Shown piece after piece: positions 47,890 through 59,686 of a stretch of DNA of 64,000 bases. The DNA is from Vicugna vicugna (Eukaryota): assembly GCA_013265495.1 (NCBI GenBank), contig MU059938.1, positions 4,517,175 through 4,581,174 on the forward strand, given 5' to 3'. The stretch's first letter is position 1. Every line of letters begins with the position of its first letter. Both the position numbers and the translations under genes were made by a program. Under the pieces are notes generated by a model, which did no database searches, was not told the origin of the DNA, and was given only the letters and a program-made list of their open reading frames with translations.

Positions 47890-50800
47890 TGGTCTGAGAC
47901 CAATTCCTTCTGGCTCTCCAGAATCACATGCCCTCTGCTTCCACTAACCAATTCTATACTTTCCTTCCTATCACTGTCTGCATTTGTTCTGTTGTTCTCA
48001 TCAGGCTGGGAGAATTCAAGCATCTTCTTGAAGCAAAACTACATGAAATGTCTATAATGATCCTATTTCATATAAAAATCTACATATATAGCCATACATG
48101 TGTACTTAATAGATTTTTGCAGGAATCCATAAGCAACTCCTCATGCTGGATTCCTTTGAAAAGTGAGGGTCAAGAAAAATTTCAGACACATCCTAAAATA
48201 AATACAATAGTACTGCAAAAACTCCCATGCACCTGTCTCCTAGCTTCAGCAATTACCAATTCATCACCAGTTACTCAGCTTCGTGTTATACATATTTCAA
48301 TTTTTTAAAAAATCTACTAGGAGCATGCATTATTTTGATAATTTGAAATTTTGATTATAAAATAAATCCAAACATTGAAAGGAAATGCAGTGCATCAGAT
48401 TTCGTTTGTTCCTGTGTTTTCTCGTATCCTTTTAGACTCGGGGCATTTCAAGGGTGTGTGATTAGGAGTGATTTTCTCTGAGTTCTCCGATCCCCAAGGA
48501 CAGACGCTGGCCGTTGCTGAACATCTGGCAGGGACAATAGCTTTGGTTTAAAGCACATCTATGTCAGTGCTGTTGCCCAGATCACAAGGCTCAGCTCACA
48601 CTGTCAGCCCCACTGTTCGGCTTGCTGTGTTTTTTAATTAAACTGTTTGCTTCAGCTGAGATTTGTGACGCTGTTTCTAAATGACAATATGTGCTTTCTG
48701 TCCCCCTTTTGTTCCCTGAGTCCCACAACCTGCTGCAGTTTTTTTTACCAGCTATTTTCTGAAAAGCAATTTCTACATTTCTCATCCAATGGCCGGTCAT
48801 TTCGTAGGGATTATTAACAGCCCACACTCAGTCGTGTTTGTTCTCCTGGAGCTGGAAGAGGAAATTGTCTGATGCAATTTCAGCAGCTGGTTAGCTGGAC
48901 AGGAATAGAATATTACAGAATCACCTTGACTCTAAAGCCTGTGAACCAGCTGTCAGCCATGAATGGTGGGAAGGCGGTTTTTATATTTAAATTCCTCAGC
49001 CAGTGGTATTGAAAATAGAGCTAAAACAGCGATGATTGTTCTTCCCAGTGGTTCAAGGTGGATTGATTCGGACTCTCAGTCAGAGGACTGTCCTGCTCTG
49101 TGCACCTCAAGGCTGAGTGCGTGGTGTGCAATGACTTTTCACACCAGCAAGGGATGTATCCCCTACTATGTGCCAGGCACTAGATTTACAAAAATAAATA
49201 AGCAACTCTCCCTTAATGTCCCTCACTTCATCTAATTGCACTACCGTGGGATGAACGCTTTACTAGTGGCCGTGAAATAAGGTGGGAGAGCAGAGGAAGG
49301 AAGTTTGATTTCTGGCTTTGGAAGGCTGGGAAAATGTTCACCGAGGAGGTGCCTTTTAAGCTGAAGAGCAAGTCGAATGTTTTTGAATTATTGCAGGCAA
49401 CAGGAGGGAGCATTCTAAGCAGCGGGGTCTCTGTCTGGCGCAGAGGCATGGAGGGTGTATTCAGGTGATGGAGAAGAGTCCAGTATGGCCAGACTGTGAG
49501 CCGGGCTTGCCTGTGATCGGGAGGCAAGGGAGAGTCAGGGAAGCTTGGGAGGAGGCCGGGGGTCAGGGTGAAGGCTGCCATAGAGCCTGGGTGGGTGAGG
49601 TTCTTTTGGATCCAGACAGTTTCAAGGCTTTCACAGCCCCCTGAAGAGACTGGTACTGTTATTAGGGTGTACCTAGCTTGGAAGAAGAACTAGAAAACTC
49701 TAAAGAACCACGGCGCCCCAGGGACAGGGGTCTCTTGCCATCTCTCATTTGTGACTTCAGGGCCTTTCTCCTGCCCTCTAGCCTCGCCGAGCTGCCCTGC
49801 TCACTCTCCTCTCCCTCCTGGTTGGCCAGTTTCCTCAATGTCTTGTAGTCCTGGGGAATTTGTAACCTTTGTTCTAAAAATTCCTTGTAGATGGTCTGGG
49901 GGTTGTGGAGAATGTATGTGGGAAAACCAAATGGGAAAACCAGGAAATACCCTGGACCTGGGACCCCTACCCCTTTTTAGCCAGGACACCCTGCTCTGTT
50001 TTATACACTGGCTTTTAGGTAAGTTCCACTTGAAGAACACGTTCCAGCACAAACAGGGTTTGAAAACTTCAGCTCTAGTTTAAATCTTGGATGGAGCCAT
50101 TCTGCTTGGCTTAGCTGATGATTGTCACTTGACTTGGGTAGAACCCTGCAGCCGTGGTCTCCTCGCTGAACTGCCTGCAGGCATGTGCAGGGGCCACAGT
50201 AAGTCAAAGGCTCTTCCATGCAAAGAAAGCAGGCACGAGGTGTCTGGACCCTGCCTGGTGTGGGTAAGGTGTGGAAGACAGGCTTTTAAAAAAGTAATAA
50301 TTAATTAATGTTTACAAATATATATTCTTTTCCATATTCTTTTTCATTACAGGTTACTACAAGCCATTGAATATAGTGGGAGGCAGTTTTGAATCAAAGG
50401 GCATGTTGAGCATGACAGACAAGGTGATTGATGCATCCAGGCAACACTCTGTGTTTGAAAGTGTGGCTTCTAGCCCCGAGCTCAGCATCTTACAGAGTCT
50501 TTGTAGAGAATGCTTATTCTGCAAGAGGCTCAGCTATGCAAAATTTCTGTTTTTCCACAAGACTTTGAAGTATTGCTTTTTCTACTTAGTGATCTCCATG
50601 CATATTAGTGTATTAAATGTTATGGAAATTTGTAAGGTATAGATTTAGTTCAAATAAATGGAAATGCTTAAAGAAAAAAACACATACACATGTACAACAG
50701 GGATTAAAACTTTGGAAATTGATTGTCCTAGAAGTGAAAGCATATAAATAGCTTTTAAAAAGGCTTAGAGATAAATTCCATGATATTAGGTGCTCGCTAA

Positions 50801-52239
50801 GTTGTGGGGAGGGAACTCCCACTTTGTTAGTGAGAAGCTGCCCCAACCTTTTGAAACAGGTCTCATTTCTATTAGTGTCTTTGTATATATTCATTTGGTC
50901 ACCAAATATTATAAAGTACCCACTACGCCAGGCAGAACACTTGGTTATGTGTTTAGAGTATGAAAATTCTTCTCTCTTTAGTTTTTCTGTAATATACCAT
51001 TGTTAATGCTCATTTTTGGAATTCTATGTTTCTGACTATCAAAGAAAAAAAGATGGCAACATAGATAGTTACTAAACATTTTTAACCCCTGGTAACATGT
51101 CTAAAAAGATCAAGTTTTAGGCTGTCTCCTGGACCCAGGGTTCTTTCCCCTCCGTCATATTTCTGCTCCGTGTCCTAGACAGGGAAAGGTACCAGGTCCT
51201 GGTGAGGCTGGAGGGGTGATGACTAGTGCTGCTTCCTACTGTGCATGTGGAAGTCAGATATGCTTAAAAATTAGCACCGAGCTCAGGGTTCATGGAAGGA
51301 TAGTAACTGAAAGGTTCTATTCTGTAGTATGATAAACATTACCTCATAATTTTATTTTTTAAGTTGGAAAGTTTACAGGAGCTGAAGCTCCTCTCTTGGC
51401 TCATAACATATTCCTCCTCCATCAAATTATATAGTAGCTTATTCCACATTTCAATTTCTAAATAAATTGGTCTTCATTATTCTTAGATTCCTGACAGACA
51501 TCCCGTCTAAGAATGAATGTTTTGCATTCTGCCGCTTTGAACGTGTTAAACAAATTACTCAGTGTCATTGTCACTGAATTAATTAGAAGGATTCAAGTGA
51601 TGACTTTAGCACACCAATGTGAACATGTTGTTTTTTTTTAATTAGGGATCATTTGTTTTTTTTAATTAATAATTACAGCTCTACTTTGGTATCATTTGTG
51701 GTTTTAACATTACCTGCCTTGGGGAGTTGTCATGAGGATTATGCCAGTAAAGCTGTCAAAACGGTGCTTAGCACATAGGAAGGGCTCAAATGCTATCTTT
51801 AGCCTTAATGAGCTGTGTGACGAGGTAATCAGGGTGGACTCCGTTATCCTCATTTTACCAGTAAGGACCCTGATGCTCAGAAGTTTGACCCCCTGGAATT
51901 TCTGGCAATGTCAGGACAAGAGCCAGGGCTTCCATTCCTAGTTCTGTGTTCCTGACTGCCCTCATAACTGACATTTAGGGGTTTGGTATTTCAACCCGTG
52001 CATCTGTGGAGGATGCAAGCATTCTGGCCATGGCAGTTAAGTCAGCTTGTGTGAAAATGTGTAGTGTAATACCGAACCTACAGTGGGAACTCCTTCACGA
52101 GGGTTCTTTCCTTTCTGTGCAGTTTGTACCTGTTGGGATTCTCATCTCTCTCTTCCTCTCCTTTCCCCTATTGGTGCCCCAGCCAAGCCCTTCATCCCCC
52201 GACCACTCAGGAGCCTCCAGTCTTCAGCAGTTGGTGGTT

Positions 52240-52618
52240 GTCTCAGCTCAGGCTGTCATAACTGTCACCGACTGAGTGGCTTAAACAACAGAAATTTACC
52301 TGCTCACAGATCTGGAGGCTAAAACTCTGAGATCAAAGCATTGGCAAAGTTGGTCTTTCTGAGGCTTCTCTCCTTGTTTGTAGACGACCGCCTTCTCCCT
52401 GTGTCTTCACAAGGTCTCCCCTCTGTGCGTGTCTGTGTCCTAATCTCCACTTCTTATAAGGACACTGCTCCTGCTGGGTCAGGGCCCGCCTAATGACCTC
52501 ATTTTCATGTAATTACCTTTTGAAAGACCCTATCTCCAAATACAGTCACAATCTGAGGTACCAGGGATTAGGGCCTCAACATATGAATTTTAGAGGAAAC
52601 TTGTTCAGCTTTTAACAA
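52240..52618 (-). mobile_element. MaLR LTR (MLT1B/C/D-like)
   Basis: ggcttaaacaacagaaattt...cacagatctggaggct; cttcttataaggacac; ccctatctccaaatacagtcaca; caacatatgaatttt. Confidence 0.85.
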
Positions 52619-53777
52619 CTGTCGCAAGGAGAGAGCACCTAGGCCTTAGAGTTCCAGCCCAGTGTGTGTGCCCCCAACTCATAGTCACAGCCCTGGGGAT
52701 ATCAAAACCATTAAATTCCGTTCGATGCCCTCTGTTCAAAAAACAGGCAAAAGTGGGACCTAGTTCCTTCCTTAGGGGATGGAAGAAAGGAGGATGGGAC
52801 CTCTTGTGTGTTGGATACTGTGCTAAGTTGCTGGTGCTTAGCAGACATTATGTCCCCAAAGCTCAACATTGCGAACGATAGGGTAGGCATAGTTGCCTCC
52901 ATTTTTATAGGAGAAAGAGACATTAAGTCATTGGCCCATGTCACAGTTACTGGTTGCTGTGAGATTTACTAATGTGGCACTCCCGTTTCTCTATAGCATT
53001 GAGAAGATGAAGTAAGACCCTTAGGAGTTACGTGAGTGAAGCAGGAAGAAAACTGTCCTCTCATTTCCAATTCTACCCTTCCCTTGAGAATTAAAAAGTC
53101 AATGCAAGGCTGATAAAAGAAAAGAAGACAAATGGAAGAAACTATTTTTAAAAGGCAGATTTAGGACTTAGATCTTGGAAAAAGACCACTGGGTTCTGAA
53201 GGGAGTAAGGAAAGACTCCATGTGAACCACTTTTCTCCAGGCTAATCCATCAGCCTATAAATAAGTTGTACTTGTCCAACAGCTTTTACCCATCTTTCCT
53301 GGGTTTTTCCTCCATCTCTCCCTAGCTAGAGGCAGCATGGTGCGGCAGTTAGAGAGCCAGGCTCTAAAGTGAGACCATCAGGGTTCCAATCTCATTTTCA
53401 CTACTTGTTAACTGGTTCGGTTTTTGGCAAGTCACTTAATCTCTCTGAGGCCTCAGTTCTCTCTGGTGTTAAAAAAAAAAAATTGGAGATAGTGATCATG
53501 ACTTCTGATGAGGTTGTTGTGAGCATTGAGTAATAAAGTGCCTGTGTAAAGTGCCTCACAAAAGGACTAGCTGTTGCTGCTGAGAACACAAAGCCAGCGA
53601 TGGCAAGGATCTTTGTGTATCTTCCGACATGCATCTCTAGCTCCTGGAAGTGCCTGATGGGCAGGCAGTAGACACCCATTCGTGTTTGTTGTGTGACTGA
53701 ATGAATTCAGATATGATGGCCCCTGAGCAACCTGTGATGAAGAGGAAGTACCTGGTTTCAGCAAGTTTCTTGGTTTT

Positions 53778-53801
53778 GTTGGTTGGTTGGTTGGTTGGTT
53801 G
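53778..53801. repeat. (GTTG)6
   Basis: Seen directly, about 340 bp upstream of DEPTOR exon 2. Confidence 0.9.
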
Positions 53802-54136
53802 AAGCAATGAGCCCGCTGGTGAGGAGGTGGGGAAGGGAGTGAGGCAGAGCAGAGGTGAGAAAGCGTTTCTCAGTCTCCTGAGTGGCAGGAGAGTTCTAGG
53901 TCGTCTGTGCTTGGTTTCCTTTGCTGTTTCCTTGTAGCATCTCTGGATCTGCAGGTGGAATCACTTTCTGGGGCCTCTGGGCTCTGACAGCATGGAAACC
54001 GCCCGCTGACATAAAGGTATCTGGGTGGTACTCTGATCCATTTCAGACTTCCATCTTGTGCCTGTTCCCTTGGATTGGTTTAAAGATACGTGTTGTCATC
54101 AAAATTCCTAAAGTGACTGCCACATTTTCTTTCCAG

Positions 54137-54315
54137 GCTCCGACTGCATGAAGAAAAGGTTATTAAGGATAGGCGANNNNNNNNNNNNNNNNNNNNNNNN
54201 NNNNNNNNNNNNNNNNNNNNNNNNNNNNNNNNNNNNNNNNNNNNNNNNNNNNNNNNNNNNNNNNNNNNNNNNNNNNNNNNNNNNNNNNNNNNNNNNNNNN
54301 NNNNNNNNNNNNNNN
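54137..54315 (+). CDS. DEPTOR: DEPTOR coding exon 2 (LRLHEEKVIKDRR..., first DEP domain); 139 of 179 nt lie in an N gap
   Basis: Acceptor ttttctttccag|G and 13 readable codons. The end is inferred from (n)TGAGT at 54316-54321 (GTGAGT donor) and from the phase required by exons 1 and 3. Confidence 0.9.
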
Positions 54316-54316
54316 N
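54177..54316. other. N gap (140 nt)
   Basis: Run of n inside DEPTOR exon 2. Confidence 1.
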
Positions 54317-54409
54317 TGAGTGGGGTGGCGACACACAAGTTAACTTGAGAGGAAGCAAAGGACGATGCTTTCTATTTCAGATCTGAACCTACCCATTTAG
54401 GAAATAAAA

Positions 54410-54647
54410 CATTTAAAGGGGAAAGGTAGAGGGTGAGGGATAAATTAGGAGTTTATCTACAAAATAGATAAACAACAAGGTCCTGCTGTATATAGCACAG
54501 GGAACTATATTCAATATCTTGTAATAACCTTTAATGGAAAAGAATATAAAAACAAATATATGTATGTATATGCATGACCAGGACATTGTGCTGGATACCA
54601 GAAACTAATATAACATTATAAATCAACTATGCTTCAATTAAAAAAAA
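54410..54647 (+). mobile_element. L1 3' end with poly(A)
   Basis: gggataaattaggagttt...aacaacaaggtcctgctgtatatagcacagggaactatattcaatatcttg...caattaaaaaaaa. Confidence 0.85.
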
Positions 54648-54769
54648 GTGTTACCTTAATTGTCTCCTGAGTAACTGTCCCCAATTACATTCCCTTCCTT
54701 CTTCCAAAACATTTTTGGATTTATTTCCCTGGACTTCTTTATTTCTTTTTTTCCTTTCTGTATGTGCAT

Positions 54770-55040
54770 CTCTTAGCAATGTAACATATTATTTTAAATG
54801 TTCTAAGTCATTATAGAGTTGCATGTTTATTCCTTTGCAACTTGCTCAACACAGTCTGTGTGATTCACTCATGTTGGCTGTGTATCTTGTTGGCTCGTTT
54901 TCACTGCAGCGTGCACCGTGCCTCATTCTGCCATCACACCGTTTACCCATCCTCCCGCTGATGGGCATTTAGGTTGTTTCCAGGTTTCTGCTCTTACTCT
55001 CAGTGGTTCAGTAAACTTCCATGAGCATGTCTCCTTGAAA
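54770..55040 (-). mobile_element. Old L1ME/MC fragment
   Basis: gctgatgggcatttaggttgtttccag motif and flanks. Confidence 0.6.
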
Positions 55041-55676
55041 TCTCTAACCCTGGCCAAGACCTTTCACGTGCTGTTATTCTCTTGGGCTGGAGTGCCCTGT
55101 GTCTTCATTTCCGCTCATTTTCTACTCATTCTTCAGGCCTCCACGTACATGCAGACTCTTCAGAGAAGTGCACATTCCCCAGAGCTGGGGTACCGGGTGC
55201 TTCCCGCTTGGGCTCCCACTGCGATATCCGCTCATCTCTTTCATAACCATATCACACCATATTTTAATTGCATGTCGACATCTCTCTTTATCTCCCTAGA
55301 TTTCTCATTCTTTGAGGCTGATGCCTGCCCTGGTAGCATGCTCAGGAAGAGTGTGTGGGAAGAATGATGAATTGAATTTTGCGACTCTTTTAATAGATAA
55401 TGATGGTGATGATGACGATGATGGGGATAGCTAATAAAACTGAGCGCTTATTCTGTTCCAGGCCCTGTGCTAAATACTTTGTGTGTTTTTTTAAAACATA
55501 TTTTTATTGATTTATCATCATTTTATAGTGTTCTGTAAAATTTACTTTGTGTGTTTTAATCATAGAGTAGTATGCTTGAGAAATTAGGTAAAAACAAATC
55601 TTAGCATCTTCCTTCATCTGAGTAATTAAGTGAGTTATTTTTTTTTATTTGCTTCTCTGTGTATATTGTCTTTCAG

Positions 55677-55800
55677 TGTGTGACGAGCATAAGGAATTCA
55701 AGGATGTCAAACTCTTCTACCGCTTTAGAAAGGACGACGGCACCTTCCCACTGGACAACGAAGTGAAGGCCTTCATGAGAGGACAGAGGCTGTATGAGAA
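55677..55800 (+). CDS. DEPTOR: DEPTOR coding exon 3 (V-CDEHKEFKDVKLFYRFRKDDGTFPLDNEVKAFMRGQRLYE-K), 124 nt
   Basis: Acceptor ttgtctttcag|TG, donor AA|GTATGT; matches the DEPTOR DEP1 C-terminal part. Confidence 0.97.
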
Positions 55801-57419
55801 GTATGTTGCCCATGAAATCCCCACGGTACTCTTGTTGAGAAAAGCAAGGCTATTGCAATCTTTTATCATTTTGATTTCAGCCTGGCCCCTCTTACATGTG
55901 GGATGGTTACATAACTGTTCCTTTCCATATGAGAAAACGCCACCACTCACCGCCACAAATTAAGTTGATGCCCTAAGATTCTTCATAAAGAATTTATTTA
56001 AATAGTATTTTCTATATTTAAGTCAATTTAACAAAACCCCAGAAGTAAAAACGAAAGGTTGGCCCTTGATGGTTGCCAATAAATGATGCAGTTGCCTGTT
56101 CTCTTTTAAATAATGGTGTCTAACTTGGAGGTTTAGTCTTGTAAATGGTTAGAGAAGCAGTGTCAAGTACAGGGAAGGTCATGCTCAGGTCAAGAGATGA
56201 GTGGTGAGAGAGCTTCAGTTAGCAGGATGGTCTAAGAGGAATACTTTCTCATCTCTTTGGAGGAGATGAGTGTTTGGTTGGTGGATCGCGAATCTCCCAG
56301 TGCTTTGTCTCAGAGCTGATCTGCTGTTTCTGTGGTCCACTTCCCATCCTACTTTCATTGTTTTTTTTCAGGGCAACCATTAGAGAAGGAAGTGCAGGAG
56401 CAATGGCACCTTTTCCTTAACTCTGACTACCTTGCAAAATATGTGCTTGTCACATAGAAGAGCTTGCTCTGTAAGTGGGTTGGTGCTTGGGGAAGAGGCG
56501 CCCGCGTGGTCAGATTAAGTAGCGTGATGGTTGAGGAGCCAGACAGGCTTTGAGTTCTAGCCCTGTTGCCTTACCTTTGTAAACCTCAGTGTCCTCTTTT
56601 ATGACATGGGAGTGGTGATAGCACCTACCTCCTAGGTGTTTAGTGCTGTTGTGGGGATTGAAAGAATAAATGGCTTCAAGCACTTAAATATTTATTTAGC
56701 TCAGTCACTTTGGTATGTTGTCAGACCCCATGGAGGACAGCCGTTTCAGAGATTAACATATTGATGACCGCCTTCAATTCTGTCTCTCCTGTGTTCTACC
56801 TCTATCCCAGTTCTGTTCACCTCTGTTTCTGGAGCTGATATTATCCAGCCACTTAATGCTCAATATGTATCAGTTCTCCTAGTTCTCTTGTTACTTGCTT
56901 TCTATATCAAAGTATAGAAAAATCTCTCATCTCCCTGATGACTGAGAATTTGAACGGAAGGGATCTGTCAGTGCCTCCATTTGTATACTTGAGTGTCTAT
57001 GTTTTGTTGCTACTTTACTTTCTTAGTTCCTTTTGGAAAGTTCTAGCAAGCTTTAAGTATTTCAAGTACCATGATGGTCCCTTCAAACTAAGATTTTTTA
57101 TGTTGTCAAAAACATACATGTCATTTCCATGGAAGGAAGCCAGAGGATTCTGTAACCTTCTTCTCTAGCTACAGATTATCTCTTCAGATCTGTGAACACA
57201 CGGGAGGGGAGCAGGGATTAGCAATAATTGCAATGTTGGCTAGAGAATTATTCTTGCTAATGGGGTAGATTTGATGACCAGACAAAAATAAGAGAAGTTC
57301 ATGCCTTCTAGAAGACAGACTCACTCCAGCCCTACCTTCTGCTGCTTCTCCCCTTACATCCTATGCGCCATTCACGCTGAACTGTGTGTCTCTGGATCAT
57401 CCAGATATCTTCTCAAATG

Positions 57420-58270
57420 TCATCAGGGCATTTATTAATTCATTAATTATTCAACAAATATTTACTAAGCCCTCAACATAAGCCAGGCAGAGTTACAGGT
57501 CCTGGAAATGTGCCCTGAACCAAAGGCAGACAAATCCTCTGCCCCCATAGAGTTTGCATTCTAGTTGAAGAGGCAGCCGTTAAACAGAGAACACATAAAG
57601 AGGAATATACAGGCACTTTTCAGTGATAGAAAAAAGACTTACTGAGGATGGCAGGGTATTTTAGATAGAAGGGACAGGGAAGGCATCCCTGAAGAGGTGG
57701 CATTTGAATAAAGTGAGCCTGTGTGTATCTGATGGAACAGCACCCTAGGCAGAGGGCACAGCAAGGGTAAAGGCTTGAGGTGGGAATGTGCTTGGAGTGT
57801 TTTGGGACAGCAAGGAGTCTCAAGTGTCCAGAGGGTGGGAGGAAGGGGGAGAGTAGTAGGAGATGAATACCAAATCATGTGGAGCCCTGGTCGTCATGGT
57901 ATTGAAGATTTGAGTGTAATGGGATGCCGCTGGAGAGTGGTCAGATGTCCTTTTTGCACGTGCTGGACCCTCCGTCTGGGAGTCTCTTCCTGCCACTCTC
58001 AGCCCTTTCTCTAGCTCAGTCTGACTGCTCCTGGCTTCATGTTCAATATAACCTTTCCTGAGAGCCCTTCCATGCTGGCTTAGGACTGAGTCAGGTGCCA
58101 CTACTGTGTGTTTACCCCATGAAAGAGCTGTGTTATAATTTCGTCTTTGTGTGTTTGCTGCCTTCGACTGAGAACCTTAAGGGGAGGGACTGCTTTATTC
58201 TTTATTGTGTTTCTTATGGTTTCACATGTGCCTGGCCAATTGTAGAGGGTAAATATTTGCTGAAAAGAAT
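57420..58270. mobile_element. Two L2 fragments in opposite orientation (about 57420-57935 minus, 57975-58270 plus)
   Basis: ttcattaattattcaacaaatatttact on the left; gtgcctggcc...taaatatttgctgaaaagaatga on the right. Confidence 0.6.
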
Positions 58271-59630
58271 GACTAAACTTTTTGATCCCTGGGCAGGTGG
58301 ATCAATATTGCTGTACTTTTTCTGTGTGCAGTGGCCCTTCTAGTCACTAGCGTTCAGTGTCTCAATTCCAAGTAAATTTATTTCTTCAAACTGCTTGTAA
58401 AATTAGCACTAGGAGAAGTAATTTAATAAGAACTTAACCTTTCATGACCTAACTGCCACCTTGCAAATCTTGGCTGCTACTTTTAGTTGCTAGAACACAT
58501 GTGGAACAGACTGGGACCATTGGAACTGATGGCTTAGGTTTGTGATTGGATCAATTTAGTTTGGGGTATACACTTAACTATTTTTTAATGCATTCTTCTT
58601 GTTTCTCTGGCCATCTTTTCAATGAATCTCAGCATGTACTATAATTTTATAAATTTTGGGTACTTTTAAAAAAATAACATTAAGAAATAGTTGGTTTTGT
58701 TCATAGCTCATCTTTTCAAGAATTTTATTTGTTTTAAAATTGACTCCCCCTGCCATGTTTTTTCACCAAAACTCTCATTTAGGAGATCTCTAACATTTGT
58801 GAAAGGAGATCAATAAATGTTCCTTCAGTTGTTTTCCTTTTAAGGTGATAACAATAGAAAACATTTATTGATTGCTAACTATGGATCAGACATCCTGACT
58901 AATCTGGTATATTTAATCATCATGACAAACCCTGGTTAGGCGCTGTCATTGTCCCCATTTTATGGATGAGAAAAACGTGGCAAGGAGAGGTTAAATGTCT
59001 CACCCAAGGTCACCTCATTAGTAAAAAGAACAGCTGGGATTTGAACCCAGGAGTCCAGAGCCCAAACTTACTGCTACCAGGCCATTAATAAATCACTTCT
59101 GTTTCCTTTAAACAGGAGATTGAATGATTGAAGCCAATGTTTACTGCAAAGATAAAACATGGAGTTTGTGAATATCTGGGTATGGAGTTTTCTGTAAAAA
59201 TTTACTGAAAATATTGCAGGATTTTAGAGTGGACATTGGAAAAGACAAGTAAAATGATTCTCCTTCATAGTAAATCTATGTGATGTTGTGTAAACATGAG
59301 AAAAACAACAGTGACTTTTATTTGTAAATTAGGTTTCTCAAAGCACTGTCATTAGATTATTTGATCTGAGCCTCCTTAATAGAGTAATAATAAAATGATA
59401 ATAGTAATAATAATGATAGCCTAGTAACTAATAATATAAAATAGATGGGGCGTTACATTATCACCCAGAAGGAGGAGAGTCTGGGATCCAGAGCAGTTAA
59501 GTCACTTCTGCATGCTGGTGCTACAGCTCGGGGGGTGGGGGACAGAGGTGACGCCTGAACCCAGGTGACAGGTGTGCAGACCACTGCTCTCCACAGCCTC
59601 CCACCAGCTCTGAGGGCCCAGCTCTGTTGT

Positions 59631-59686
59631 CAGTATTTCCTTTCTGCTCTCCTCTGGCCAGTATTTCCTTTCTGCTCTCCTCTGGC
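59631..59686. repeat. Perfect 28-bp tandem duplication
   Basis: CAGTATTTCCTTTCTGCTCTCCTCTGGC twice. Confidence 0.95.

Noticed and set aside
35194-55032. p53 half-sites (AAACATGTCC near 35195, GAGCATGTCT at 55023-55032)
   Set aside because: Only isolated half-sites; no adjacent second decamer found.
57420-58270. Opposed L2 fragments as a miR-28/miR-151-type hairpin source
   Set aside because: The tails point outward about 830 bp apart rather than being joined tail-to-tail, and the copies are too diverged to pair.
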